Assembly: GCA_002633005.1 (NCBI GenBank)
Contig: NMRA01000141.1
Span: 731,609 to 795,608, forward strand
Source of the DNA: Phoronis australis
Taxonomy: Eukaryota > Animalia > Phoronida
Length of the DNA: 64,000 bases
Direction of reading: 5' to 3'
Part shown: one piece after another, positions 1-40,300 of the stretch
Position numbering within the stretch: position 1 is the first letter of the stretch
How the letters are laid out: each line of letters starts with the position of its first letter
Made by a program: the position numbers and the translations under genes
Notes under the pieces: model-generated
What the model was told of the DNA's origin: nothing
Seen by the model: only the letters and a program-made list of their open reading frames with translations
The model's database searches: none

Positions 1-192
1 CCTTGCCAGGTGTTATGTTCACCATTGATGTTCTGTGCTATTGCGAGGTCAGCTTGGAATGGCAGTCGGATTTTTAAGTTATTCCTTTCTTGTATTCGCA
101 GTCCCACTGGTGCAGCCACAAGTAGCCAACAGAGGACGCCAAACGCGAAATTGTATGCCCTCGGAATAAATCACAATTAAAGTGATAATGCT

Positions 193-456
193 AGATATGC
201 ACGTTGAACATTGTGTAATGGTAATATGCACACTACGTTGGGCATGGTTGTACAATGAAAATGCATTGAACATAACGTTGCGCGTGGTTGTACGATGAAA
301 ATGCATTGGACATTACGTTGCGCGTGGTTGTACAATGAAAATGCAATGAACATTACGTTGCGCGTGGTTGTACAATGAAAATGCATTGAACATTACGTTG
401 CGCGTGGTTGTTCAATGAGAGTGATATGCACATTACGTTGAGCATTGCTGTACAAT
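193..456. repeat. 40-bp minisatellite (~6 copies)
   Basis: Unit tacaatgaaaatgcattgaacattacgttgcgcgtggttg repeated head-to-tail with degenerate outer copies and no spacers. Confidence 0.9.
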
Positions 457-1191
457 ACACCTTATTGAAGATAGCAGTTAGTAAATCAGTAGCTAGATTA
501 AGGGCTGCCATTTTGTGCACCCAAAAACCAAAAATTAGTTGAAAGTTGGTTCGATAGTCTAAAGAGCCGAGAGTACGAAATGAATTTCCCTCGGACGACA
601 ACGGGCAAGAATTCGAAGCCGGCCGATATTCCGAAAAGTGACGACACTTCGACTCACATATATATGACCATTTGTAAACTTCCGTGAATTTCTTGATGGT
701 TGAAGCTTGCTATATGTCCAACATCATATCTGCTAACGAGGAAACATATTTACAGTAACTAGTCTTGCTGAACTTGAGGCGAAAGTTACTGAAGTAGACT
801 ACCAAAATAGAAACCGCTCAAACTTCAGAATGACTAATTCTGCGAAAGAAAGTCTTCTAAGAATTTTAAAATGCCACAATTTTTACGAAAATCCATCACT
901 TACAAGTAAAAGGTTTTGTTTTTACGGTATGTGTGATTACTTAGGCCCATGCGCCTACATTCGAAGATACGTCCATATTTGGACCTAGGTGTTTGTGCGT
1001 ATACGCAAACCAAATGAGTAAAACAATGTTTCTTAATGCTCTGGCGCACAACATCATTTAAGAAATATGCACTGCTATTCGACTGGCATAATGCATTGAA
1101 GATTCTTGCCAATGAATGATACAGGCTCACTCGGTGTGCCTGGCTTTTTGTGCGTGTTTTACAAACGCATGTACGTGCTTGCACATTAGGT

Positions 1192-1512
1192 CAGTGGCAG
1201 ATTTAAGGGGGCCAAGGGGGCCATGGCCGCCCTAAAATTCTCCAAAATACCATTTGGCAGTTCGGGGTGCGAATTGCTGACTAGCATATGCGCGCATCCA
1301 GGGGGGCTCCTGGGGCGAATGCACAATGCATAGGCCTTGAACAAACCCCGTTTACCGTTTTTTTTTTTGTCTTTTTTTTAGTAATGAGGTCCGCAAACCC
1401 AAAAATTCGAGACCCCTGCATCCCTACATTTTAGGATGGGCGCGCGCATGTGCCGAAATTCTGATTATTCCTGTGCCCTGCCCCCTAACTCAAAATCCTG
1501 GATCCGCCCCCG
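1192..1512. mobile_element. Probable hAT-type MITE
   Basis: Starts cagtggcagatttaagggggcc and ends cctggatccgccccc, an imperfect inverted pair of the common CAGTGGCGGATC..GGGG MITE type. No clear TSD. Confidence 0.45.
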
Positions 1513-4413
1513 TAAGCTTACAGCCAGATGAAGCACTTATGTTTGGTTTTCAGTTGAAAATTGTGGGCTTATGTTAACATCTATTGACAATTTTCAAAAA
1601 TTGCACCCCCAAAAAGCATCTATTTAAAAGAAGAAATTTGCATGAATCGGATTTTAGAAAGTTTTGAGTGACTTTCAAGGAAAATCCGCTCACAATGCCA
1701 GACTCTAAACTCAATCGTGCATTTTTACCCAACAATTTGAACTTTGTAACTTTTGCTTTTGCGACGATGAAGATTCTATGTTGATTCATATAATGGTATT
1801 ATTCATGCAGATTGTTGTTTTTTTGACGGAGTGACAATACACGTTTTCATCGTTAACGGAATAGCTTGCACGTGGCATTCAGTTAAAAGTATGCTTAGCG
1901 TTCAAAAAATATATTGCTTCCGAAATAATGCCCATATTTCCATCAGCGATTTTCAGAAAAAAAGCATTCGATAGGGGCGCTCTATCAAGGCTGGTGTTGG
2001 TTTTAAATCAAAATGGAAAACTAAATAACTTCAGGTGCGAAAAGATCAGCTGGCATCCCTTGGAAAAGGAATAATCAGAAAAACTCAGGCTATTTCACTA
2101 AAACCCTTTACTACCTCTTTAGAAACGACTTAATGAATGTGGTGAAGTGCGCTGTTCTATAACACAGAAGATTAAAAAATTTATGCATTTACTTATCGTC
2201 TTGGTATACCTTTTCACGCTGCAAAGTCTTCTAGTGATACTGAAACCCTATAACCGAATATGAACGTGCCTTTCCTTTTGGTCGCTTTGGTTATCACACA
2301 CACACACACCACACTTTACAGGCGTGTTGCGGGGGAATCTCCTAAAAATATTCCCAGAATCCTTTGCGCATATTCGACAGCCACTTGAAACTGACCTTGA
2401 CACAATATCAAAATGGAACGTGTTTTTAATTTTTTGAAATTGTCTTTTGTTCGTTTCTGGATCAATTATCATGTGTTAGGAACGTAGTTTCAGTGAAGAA
2501 TTGGCACAATTTTTAAGCAAAATATATTTTTTTCACCACGCCTAGATTTTAAAAAAAATGATGCAGGTTTATTTGCGTTCGTACAAGGAAATTATACAAT
2601 CCGTAAGTAAAATATTTATGTTCATTTTATTTCTTTGCAGCCGTACAAAGGTAAACAGGCCTTCGATATATTCAAATTGTTTTATTGTGTATCTTGGTAT
2701 CATAGAAACACAACCATTTCCGGTGGGCAAATGTACTCGGTTATTTCTACAAATGTGTGCCAAAATAGTCTAGTAAAGTCATTTCTGAGTCTTTCGCAGA
2801 TAGTATGAGTTGAGATGCCTCTGTTCTTCTTATCATGTTGTGTTGGCATATCACAACAGGGAGACAATAGAACTATTGTTTGAGCCTGTGCTAAGGTTGT
2901 TTTTTCGCCCGGTGACCTGACTGCATGATACATGATAACAATTACCACTCGTCTACAGTGCAATCAGATCTGTGAATAATGCATATGGGCAGTAGATGTG
3001 ACAATTAACTTGTCAACAAATTCATGACAGGTCACTGAGGGCTACCGATTTGAGTTTCTAAATTTTCAAATTAAAAACTGAAAGATTACATGTCAAAGCA
3101 CAAAACAAAGCCACAATATTTGTAGCATTATGATCATTGATTTCTGATCAAACCTCATTTTTGCCACTTACTCGCTATTTCGAGAGACGTTTGCATATTG
3201 TCGAGTCCCTAAGGAGTGAATCGGAAAAATCGAGTTCTCTGGTAAATTGGCCTATAACGAACGTTACCCTTGAAGTTGATTGCACGAAGAGCAAAGGTCA
3301 AGTGGTCAAAATGACACCACGCGAATCAAACCTCGACGAGTTTAATAAATATCAAAGCTAGTGACGTGCTGTTTACCAGACATCAGTGGTAGGCCGAGAC
3401 GTATCACCTTCATTTTCAGAAAGTTTGATGGAATTCCTTTATTTTCCAGGTTACGTTTTGGAAATCATCAATCCATTCATTTACCCATGTGTAAGGTCAA
3501 TGATCGGTCGCAAATTTCTGGAGAGTCCAAAAAGCCGACTCCACCCCTGTGTGGGGGAGCGATCGGCTAACTATTTATCAACTGCACAACGAATGTACCT
3601 AATAAATGCGTTCAAATTTTTATTACTTATTTTCGTAAGTCAAGTCTAAAGAAGCCTTCCCAATCATGTTGGCTTGTATTTCTCTCTGTTTTTGAAAAAA
3701 ATTCCCTTACTTCGTTATTAGTCATTGCAAGCCATCATTGCCTACATATATTTATAATTTACGTGTCAATTATTGTACTTTGTGAATATCGCAATCAAGG
3801 ACTTAAAACACACAAAAACTTTAATCATAAGCTTGGCAAATTTCACATTAAACAGCACATTATAAATTTGAAAATTCTGTAGTTACAGTTATCAACTTGA
3901 TTTGAGCCCATAAAAACCATTGCTTCACTGTCGCGCACAAAATACTGAAAACCAAAGAAAATAGCAATGTGATAAAAAACTGAACTATCTAAATCAGGAT
4001 GTCAACATGTTTGTTTTGCTTTCACTTGACAATGTTTTGCGATATTATAACGGGCAAATAGGACTACATGAATCTTATCAACACGCACTAAACTTTGAAA
4101 CACGGACATTTGCTCACGCCAGCTTCCTGAATAAGTGTTGTGATTTTGCATACTAGCCTTCGACTTCGAACATCTGCAAGCAAATGTGTGAATGCACTTT
4201 GAAACTTTGTCCACAATGTATTGTGAGTGAAATCTTTATCGATCGGACAAGTGTTAGATTGTTTTAGATTAACGTAATTGTTGACTAAATGGAGCTGTTC
4301 TGTTCCTGTTACGCATAAAGTCGTTGGCAAACGATCAAAATATAAAGTTACCACTCATTTGAAATATTTCATTTATGCATGACTAGTTAACACTTTTAAA
4401 CGTATCGTCGAAG

Positions 4414-31651
<27,238 letters not shown>

Positions 31652-33162
31652 GCAAACGACACTCGTTTAAAGTTTATGTATACTTATAAAAATTAATATG
31701 AAACAATTATTAGACAAATTTTGATGAATGTTACGTAATACAGTCTTGCTTTGAACGATGATCCATTCAGAAGTGTTAATCTGAAATTTAGTGACGAAAT
31801 CTAGTGGCCCAAGAGAATTTAATATACACTGGACACTACTTGATCGAGCGCGTTGTACATGTAGCTCGGACTACTGAATTCTTGCCAGAGCTCTTCAAAC
31901 CCAATCGCCAGTTTTATTTTATTTGGTATATGTGATTTGTCATATGCATAAGTGTACTAAAACGCGATGTTTTGCCATTTGGATATAAATTATGCTGATA
32001 AATTCTTTTAAATGTCGTGGAGTTTTAAATAGCTGATGTCCTCTATGGGGTAAAATTCTTTTTTCTATAATCCATATAGGGAGTACATGTAGTTTGTGGC
32101 ATATTGTGCATGTTTAATTAAATCAGCTTATAATTTGTAATTTAAGAAGTGAGTTAGAAGGAAAGGTGGTTGAAGTTATAGATCCTTCGCACGACTTTAA
32201 ACAAATTGATAGACCTTCGGAATTTGACTTGGTCACAACGAAAAAGAACTTGATTTTCTGGATTGTGACGTCAGCAATTTGGCGACAGTTGTCGAAATTT
32301 ACTAATTCCATACGAAGATGCCATGCGATTGGTCAATATGTGAGTCAAGCTTTTGACATGGAGAGATTAGATCTCGGTTTTTCCAATATTAGCTAAGCAC
32401 TAAAGGGTAACCATTGTGTATTGTGAACATTGTTCTGGGCACAATAACATTGTACCCATGTTGCACTCTACCTTATTATGAATGATAATCTAAACACAGC
32501 ATTAGCCACTTAAAGTCCTTTTCTCACGCGTTGTTAACCCTTATTACATGGTTAGAAGATGTCATAAGGATCCAAGAAGTACCTACCTCATAACTAATAC
32601 ACGATCCGTACTCAAAAAACAGTTTAAATGAACGCGCCACTCATGAATCGCACCCGAAGAAACACCGCCATTTTGAACTTGCCGCGAACCCGGAAGTACA
32701 ATTCATTCAGGAACCCAGGCCGAGAAAACGCCGTCAGTGCGACTGGAGCAGTGCCTGTACTGTTACCAGCCAGCAAACGGGGATAAAAAAATCGACAGCT
32801 CGCCTTAATTTTGATAAAATCAAACTACGGACAATTTTATGGAAATTGCTGAAGAAATGCGGCGAATAAATTTTGACAGAAATTATTTTGCTAGACTCGG
32901 TACCGCAGCCTATCGGACCCTGTGCGGATCGAGACCAGACACTGGCGAACGGTAAATGCATGCGGTTGCAAGCTGTTTTGTCGAAGTAAAATGGTCAAAT
33001 GATAAATGCTGCATATATTCAAGGGTAGTTTCAGACACTTGCATGAAATTACGGGCTGGTTAGTCCTGTGTCACACTGCCGCGGCAGACCTTAGTTAGCC
33101 TCAGGCACCAGCTACCAGTGAAGACTATAGTCAAAATACGGCTTGTTAGTAGGCCTATACAG

Positions 33163-33313
33163 CCTCCCGTTCAGTAGCGCTAGGACCTCGCTAAGAAGCA
33201 AGACTTCGCGAGATTACGTGAGATATTGCCGTGTATTTTAAATGAGAACATGTGACTTTGACTAGGATTTTGCAAGGTCCTATTGTAGGTCCTAGCGTCT
33301 ACTGAACGCACAC
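33163..33313 (+). mobile_element. PIF/Harbinger-like MITE, copy 1
   Basis: Internal inverted ends cgttcagtagcgctaggacct / aggtcctagcgtctactgaacg, flanked by CAG on both sides (CWG-type 3-bp TSD). Confidence 0.65.
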
Positions 33314-34613
33314 CAGCTTTGCGCCAAGACTACCCTTAGGCCTAACTGGTCGCTGGCCACAAACACAAAAAACACGAAAATTGAACAAAGTTTCTTTTTT
33401 GTAGCAACGTTTGTCAAAATGTATCAACGTTAAATCTTCACAAATTACAAAGTAGCCGATTGAACATGCCTTTCAGTTCAGCAAAAGTCGACATTGTAGG
33501 TGCCGCCAGAAATGAGCCGAAGTCCAACGGGAATTGTGAGCACATTTATCACTTAATGAGTAACAACTGCGAGGCTGAAATTTGGTGAACACTGCTAAAT
33601 CGTGCAGAATAGTAAGTAAAGATATGTCTAACTAAATTTCACCGTAATTTGTTGGCGAAAACAATTTACACAAAGTTTTAAACTCGTAACTCATCCCGCT
33701 GTCCTCCAATATGGCCGACGCGATCCAAACAAAGTGACCCAAATTTCGCCACAAAACTTGCAATAACTTTACAGTGCTTGCCCCGATTTTGATACTTTTT
33801 CGATTTTTACTGAGTAGAATGTACTACCTTTCCGATGATAGCAAAGTACTTTTTCAAAACGAGGAAAAAAATAAAACCGAAAAAAATTGGTTCGACCCAT
33901 ATTGGTTCCTAGGTTCGACCGGCCTACGTAAGGAACTAAACACCAATGCTATTTTAACATACTAAGTACGCGTAACATTCCAAAAAAATCAACGACCACT
34001 AACTACAAACTATAAATACACTACATATGCAAACGAATCACGATATATTACTAATAAAACAAAATAATGAAGACTTTTCGAGCAAGCCATAGCACATTCA
34101 GTTACAAGGAAAAAATGGCGGCCGTCAGGACAAGTTCCTGAACTGATGAGCCGGAAATGTGGGTACGGAAATAACCGATGACAACCTGTAATCATACGCT
34201 CAGAGAGAAGGGTCAAATACTGTTAAAAAATCGCTTTTGGCAAGAAAGGCGAAAAGAATATAAAGAAAGGGTGTCGAAAATAAGAATTTATGTAGTAAGT
34301 ATTTTCGGATACTAGAACCACATGGGCAGTTTGCAACAAAGACTTTAAAGGCGAAGGCAACCTTTTTCCATGTCATTTTAAGCTAAAATAAGGTTGGTTG
34401 GTTATCCTAGACATATTTGCCACTTAATTACAGCTTTTCGTATTTTTATTAATTACTCGTCCGCTCTTCCGGAAGTGACGTTTTAAGAGGCAAGCATTTC
34501 GCGCCAATTTCTTTTCATATAGTCTGACTGTGAGAGCTGCCGAGTCAGTCATTGTTCTACCTCGGTTGTGGTAAGTTCCGTCGTCGTTTGCTTTCATTTA
34601 CTAGTCAGTCAAT

Positions 34614-35415
34614 ATGCCGCACTGTTGCTGCGTACCAGGATATACTAATTATCGGCTCACGCGCGCTTTGGGAGTACCTTTGCATCGCTTTCCGATGGAT
34701 GACACACTTCGCCGTACTTAATTGGCTCGCTCGTGTGAAGAACGCAGCGTTACCCGTCCACGCAACGTACAAAGCAGTGGAGAATTACCGTGTGTGTGGC
34801 AAGCACTTTCTGCCGTCCGATTACGAAAGGGATTTGTACGCAGAACTGATGAAGGTCCCTGCGAAACAACGTCTGAAGAAGGTTGTCATTCCGTCTGTGT
34901 TTATTCCCGGCAGTGCCCCGTCGCCACCCTCGAGAAGTGCGTATTTGAAGCGAGAAGCCTCGCGAGCTGTGGCCAGTACAGTGACTGGAGCCAGTGGAGG
35001 CACTTCATCTACTGTCACCCGTGCCTCCGAACGTACTCAAGAGCTAGCGTGCAATTCCTGGAACCAGTAGTGATTCGCTCTGTGCTGTTTTCTCCAGCCC
35101 AGAGCCTCTAAGCAGCCCTGCAGCGATATTGAGTAGTGGGAGTGATTACAGGCTTAGTTCGACACTCAGTGAAGAGGACAGTTCGTCGTCCAGTGAACAG
35201 ATCGGTGAGCCAAACTTTGATAAGTTTATTGTGGACTTGTCTAAAGTGTTGGAGCTATTTAGAAGGTGCCAGGTGTGTGGCGTGGGAGTCACACGACACG
35301 ATGTAAGCAATTTGGGTGCTCAGGTCACCATCCAGTGGTAGTGTGTCGCGGGACACTCTGGCAAGTGGGACAGTTGTTCTTCTGTCCGTGGTATGCCGGA
35401 GGTCCACTTAACCAT
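34614..35415 (+). pseudogene. Kolobok transposase 5' fragment with THAP domain
   Basis: MPHCCCVPG..LHRFPMD..(frameshift)WLARV..VCGKHF..LKKVVIPSVF is a THAP signature. It is followed by FIVDLSKVLELFRRCQVCG..CVAGHSGKW, with stops; no DDE core is present. Confidence 0.8.
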
Positions 35416-35715
35416 GTCCAGTAGTGGCTTGGCCTCATCGAACTCTGAACAGCACAAGCATTCCATTGAGGTAGGCATAACAACGCACACAGTGCATTTG
35501 CACCAAGATGTGTCACCACGTCTGTCCTCAGTAGCCGCCTCGTTTCTCTCAACAGCTGTCTGTGCCTGTGCGTACTCTTCCTCGTTATACTCGTTCTCAA
35601 ACATGTACCCACCCACTGAATGTCCGTGAAAAACTTCCTCGTCACCACTGCTGTGAACAAGGTCTCCGTCACTCACACTACTGTCACTGTGATACGGGTC
35701 ACCGACTCCAGCCAT
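35415..35715 (-). pseudogene. KolX-like (P2X7 C-terminal ballast-like Cys-rich) protein 5' fragment
   Basis: MAGVG..YMFENEY..RRGDTSWCKCTVCVVMPTSMECLCCSE matches the WCxCxxCxxMxxxxECxCC motif; truncated at the deletion junction. Confidence 0.8.
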
Positions 35716-36481
35716 TTTCAGCTTACAAAACACTAAACAATCCCTAAATCCAACGTAGTTGAGTTCTCTACTAATCTATCTTGTCGCACAATACTTGCCG
35801 ATGGAAAGTGGTGGCGACAATTGTTGAAAAACAGCACAAAACAAAAGTAGAATAGAACAGATTCGCACGGTAAAGTCAACGCAAAACCAAGTGGCGGGAA
35901 ACGCTTGCCTCCTAAAACGTCACTTCCGGAGTAGCGGACGAGTAATCTATAAAATTACGAAAAGCTGTAATTAAGTGGAAAATATGTCTAGGATAACCAA
36001 CCAACCTTATTTTAGCTCAAAATGACATGGAAAAAGCTTACCCCTACGACAATCATTCTGGAAGGACCCCTCCCTCTGCATTCTTTAGAGGACCTTTCTC
36101 GTTGTTTGTAACTGGTAAGTTCCTTCATGTTAATGCACGCGCATGCGTGTTAACGTATACGTAATCAAACAATTTAAAGAGAAGGAAGGGCCCCTTAACA
36201 TCCCCGTTACCAAACATAACGAACACTAAACAAATGCATAAAAATGTTATAATGTCAATGCGATTGTTTACAAAACACCTATAGTTGCTATGTTTTACAA
36301 TATTTCTTCAAACTTTTCAATAGAATTTAACAAATTAATTAAGATAACAAATCGTCGACAACATGACAACAGGTTGGAAACTGAGGATATACTTGCAATG
36401 CCTGAACTTGATCCAAGGTTGTCATTTCATCCGAGTGTACATCAACAGAATTCAGAGAGATTACAAGATCAACTAAACCTG

Positions 36482-36619
36482 GCGTGAGTTCACCTACGCT
36501 AGGACCTAGCTAAAATCTAGCTAAAGTCACATGTTCTCACTTAAAATACACGGCAATATCTCACGTAATCTCGCGAAGTCTTGCTTTTTAGCGAGATCAT
36601 AGCGTTACTGAACGGGAGG
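36482..36619 (-). mobile_element. PIF/Harbinger-like MITE, copy 2 (inverted relative to copy 1)
   Basis: Reverse complement of 33163-33313; flanked by CTG on both sides. Confidence 0.65.
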
Positions 36620-36952
36620 CTGATGTCAGAAGAACATTGCAAAAGTGGTGCCTATGTACACAGACCTTTAAAAGCATAGTCTAGTCTAGTCTATGTTATC
36701 GTCGTGACGCCAGGCATGAGTTCCGTAAACACAAGACACTACTCGCGAGTAAATCTGAAGTTGTCACGTTGCTGTCTTGTAATGCTTGACGATATCTAGA
36801 GAATACTTTCGTGTTCGCGAGTTACTTGCGTCCACGGAACACAGACTACGGAGAACGGCACAAGACGGGGAGGATTAGTTCGGAAATGGATATATTTCAT
36901 CTCCATAATGGAGAGAGGGGAGATTTATATACTGCGCTGCTATGTAGCGTCT

Positions 36953-37356
36953 CTAGTAAAGTTCTACAATTGTTATTCTGCTGGTGCCATGAGCGGCAGC
37001 TAGCGGCTCGTGTAAGTCCACGTTGATGGGACATTCCTTAGCGGGGTGATCGGCGTCACAGTGTGCACACTGGTGAAGAAATTGACACGGCGAATTTGTG
37101 CAGCTGGTGCTGTTGAACTTCCAGCAGACGCCTTTATCCTTTCGGTGTGTGCTTAGCAACGAGCTCTCGTGAAAAAGGTGGCTTTTAATGTTACGTGCAG
37201 GGTTATGCTGCAATGAGGTAATCGTCTGCTTCCTTTTTAGGTACTTGAACACCATCACAGCTGCACTAATCCCTCCTATGATGAGCAGCGACGTACAACA
37301 ACTTATTCCAGCAATGATTCCAACTGGGAACGAGGCACCCACCTTTTGGGGCGCTT
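36953..37356 (-). CDS. Terminal exon: TM helix plus cytoplasmic zinc-finger tail
   Basis: tacag acceptor in phase 1; [32 protein letters not shown] ... [32 protein letters not shown] ... ELY*. Confidence 0.85.
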
Positions 37357-40300
37357 CTGTACGTAGACAAATAAAAAGAATGTCTATAATTGGTAACAGG
37401 GCTTTTTCAAGCAGGTCTCATGAACGCCAAACTATTTTCCGCACTCTTAAAGTTTCAGCAATAACTTCTCGTATTTAGTTATAGTCTCTAGATGACCAAG
37501 GGAGGTCAAAGTTGGCTTACAAAGAATAAACGTCTGTGATCGTTTCAAAAAATGTCTCCTTTTGGTGTTATATAAGAGTGTTGGACGTCACCTGTTCGAA
37601 TTAAAGAGCGGGACTAGACGTATTGCGCGGCAATACGAGAAGTTATTGCGAAACCTTAAAGGAGAATGCAACCCCAAAGCAACCTATTTTATATCAATTT
37701 AGATCGAGTTGTTCCACTCGATAACAGTAAGTTCAATTGTTTTACCTAACACATGACGGCAGACGGAGGTGTTGAAATTAACCAATGACGTAATCGGTTC
37801 GAATGTAGTCTGCTCAGCCGTTCACAACACGCTTACTGGTGTCAATTTATCGCATGCATCGTTTTACACCAATAAATCATCAAATTTCAATATAAAAAAC
37901 CCTTACAAATACATCGAGTTCCTGAACAAAAGTGTTGTTTCATTTCACTGTTACGGATTTATAGGTATTTGAACATACATGTACGGTAGCCTACAGAGTT
38001 CGATCAAGGAGTGTAGATTCCTAAGTTCGGTTGGCCAATTTATCATTGTAATAGCATTGTGATTTGTACTGGAACTACACTTACCTTATATGGCACAATT
38101 AGTTAGAATGGTTTATTATATAAGTCTTGCCAAACTGTTCTATGAAATGTGACTCATATGCATGTGGTCTTGTGTATTGCAAAAACATGTTGTTGTACAG
38201 TAGTTAGTCAGTCCGCAATAAAGTAGTGTTCAAGTAAAGACGTCTTCTTCACTCTTCTATCCACAAGCGATTACAATCATGGTCGATCGCGGGAGTTTTG
38301 GTCTGTTTGGTGATAACTTCTTCGAATCATTCTTCCGTGAAATACAAACATGAAAGATAGCTGGGTGTTGTACTTTTAGACTTGCGATTTTTTTCAGTTC
38401 TAAACACACAAAAAGCTTGTTATCCCAGCCAGTGCCTCGGAACCCGATCAGGCCCGTGCGGTCGCCGGGACTGGACACCACGAACACAAACCAGCTTAAA
38501 TTGGAAACTAAACCTCCAGTCACGAAAAGATTATACTAGTGAGCCAAAGAAACAATGTATACGTAATTATTTTGGTGAATTTGCCACGAAACTGCAAATC
38601 TACTTACTTGTCGGGGGCCGCGACGTCAAGTTGCCCTTTTGCAGAATCGTCAGGGCAAAAGTTGTACAGTAACAATGATGTGAATAATGTATATCTAAAT
38701 AAAGATTCCCCCAACATGTCATCATAGCATATAAAAAATAAAATGACAACCCAAACCAGTGTTATCTGTTTTCTGGCGGCATACCATTCTTATGCGACAG
38801 GATACCACCGGTTAAACACTTCTCGTGTGAAGCTTACTTACCAAATGGAACCAGATATCCGCAATCAAAAATCAACATGTCAGACAAAATGGCGGATGAA
38901 ATGGTACTGGTACATATTAGACAGTTTCTTTTTATATTTGCATTGAAAATGTTAATATTTTTGTGTTATGTGAGTTAGAAAAGTGCAAGCAACTGAGGGT
39001 TACAGGAGGCTGGTTGGAGAAAGAAAACCAAATTGGGTGATATAATGGTCGTCAGTTCATACTAGAGACACAAATTTAGTACATGTAGGTACTCTGTACT
39101 ATTTGTGACTTTGAGACAGATCGACTTTACAGACAAAATGAACGCAGTTGTTTCATGACTAATTTGGTTTAGCATCGAGATGATGGCCGATTTTAACCTT
39201 TGGATAGATTGACGTGACGTGTTTTCAAAGAAAGCTTTGCCATTTATATTTCAAGGAAATATGCTATTTGAGATTTTAACAATATCATTTGGGAAAAATA
39301 AACGTACTTTTGTTGAACTATTGATGTAGTACTACATTGGCCAACTCTAAATTACGCTCAGCAAGAGGTGGCTCTGCTCACTTTTCTTGGCAGTAATCCC
39401 GAAAGACTTATCAAAGTGATTGAGTGTATTGGACACATCGCGTCTGGTACCATCTGCCTTTAAGAGGTTCGTGACATAGTGTATGTACCAAAGAATGTGA
39501 TTCACATGGTGAATGGAAAGGGCATTTCTGTTGGTAGATGGCGCACCGAATGCCCTAATAACAGCCACAATGGTCAACACAGTTGTACAAGTGTTGACGC
39601 CATTGTATCACAACAAGATTCCTACACATCTGATTCAGAATTTGCAGTTACTCTGAATGGTTCTGAAAGAGAGACAATGGCAAACTCTTCAGAAGAATCA
39701 ATGGCCGCTAGATAGGATGATGACGTAAAATTCACATTTAGCTCCTAATAACTCTTTCCTCGAAGCATGCCCAGTTGATCCCGTTTTCTTGACCTAGGTC
39801 ATCAATCCCAAGATGTGGTCATATCGCAGCTAATTTCCATTCATTACAAAAAATTAACTTAGGAGGATAGCAAGATTTATAATAGATTTTAGACATTGAA
39901 AACGATCTTAGTGGAATCAAGGACTGTTGCACAATAGGAGAGTTCACTTGTGAGTTCGCTGTTATCGCTACTACTAGCGCCACCAAGTGGTGAATAAGCA
40001 ACGGTCAAGTAGGAAGCGCGAGGACAATGGGGAAGGGCGCATTTTGCAGTGCGAGAAGTTGCACTAATTCATCCACGAAAACCCCAGACGTGTCATTTTT
40101 TACGTTTCCTAAGGATCCAGAAAGCCAAGGATTATTTGCTATTCAATTATATGATACATTTCCTTTCATTTTGTATGTTCTGTTCACAGTTGGAAGACAA
40201 GTCGATGGCAGTACCGGTGCCGCTGTCGTCTGCAGTGCAGGCTACTGCACAGGCTGCGCTCTGCCTTCTGTATATACTTTGCTGTCAATGTACGTCTGCT

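Larger units (their letters stand above)
34349..36046. mobile_element. Internally deleted Kolobok DNA transposon
   Basis: Left end TTAA|AGG; ~150-bp inverted repeats at 34349-34500 and 35897-36046 (extreme right terminus eroded); convergent THAP-transposase and KolX fragments inside. Confidence 0.85.

Noticed and set aside
1-170. Open - strand frame (AYNFAFGVLCWLLVAAPVGLRIQ...) as an exon of a gene leaving the left edge
   Set aside because: Short, with no start codon or convincing acceptor and no recognisable domain; cannot be supported.
193-456. 40-bp repeats as a CRISPR array
   Set aside because: Units are contiguous with no unique spacers, there are no cas genes, and the context is eukaryotic.
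37660-39460. Another Kolobok-type element starting TTAA|AGGAGAATGCAACC
   Set aside because: The left end resembles the 34349 terminus, but I could not find a convincing matching right TIR or coding remnant.
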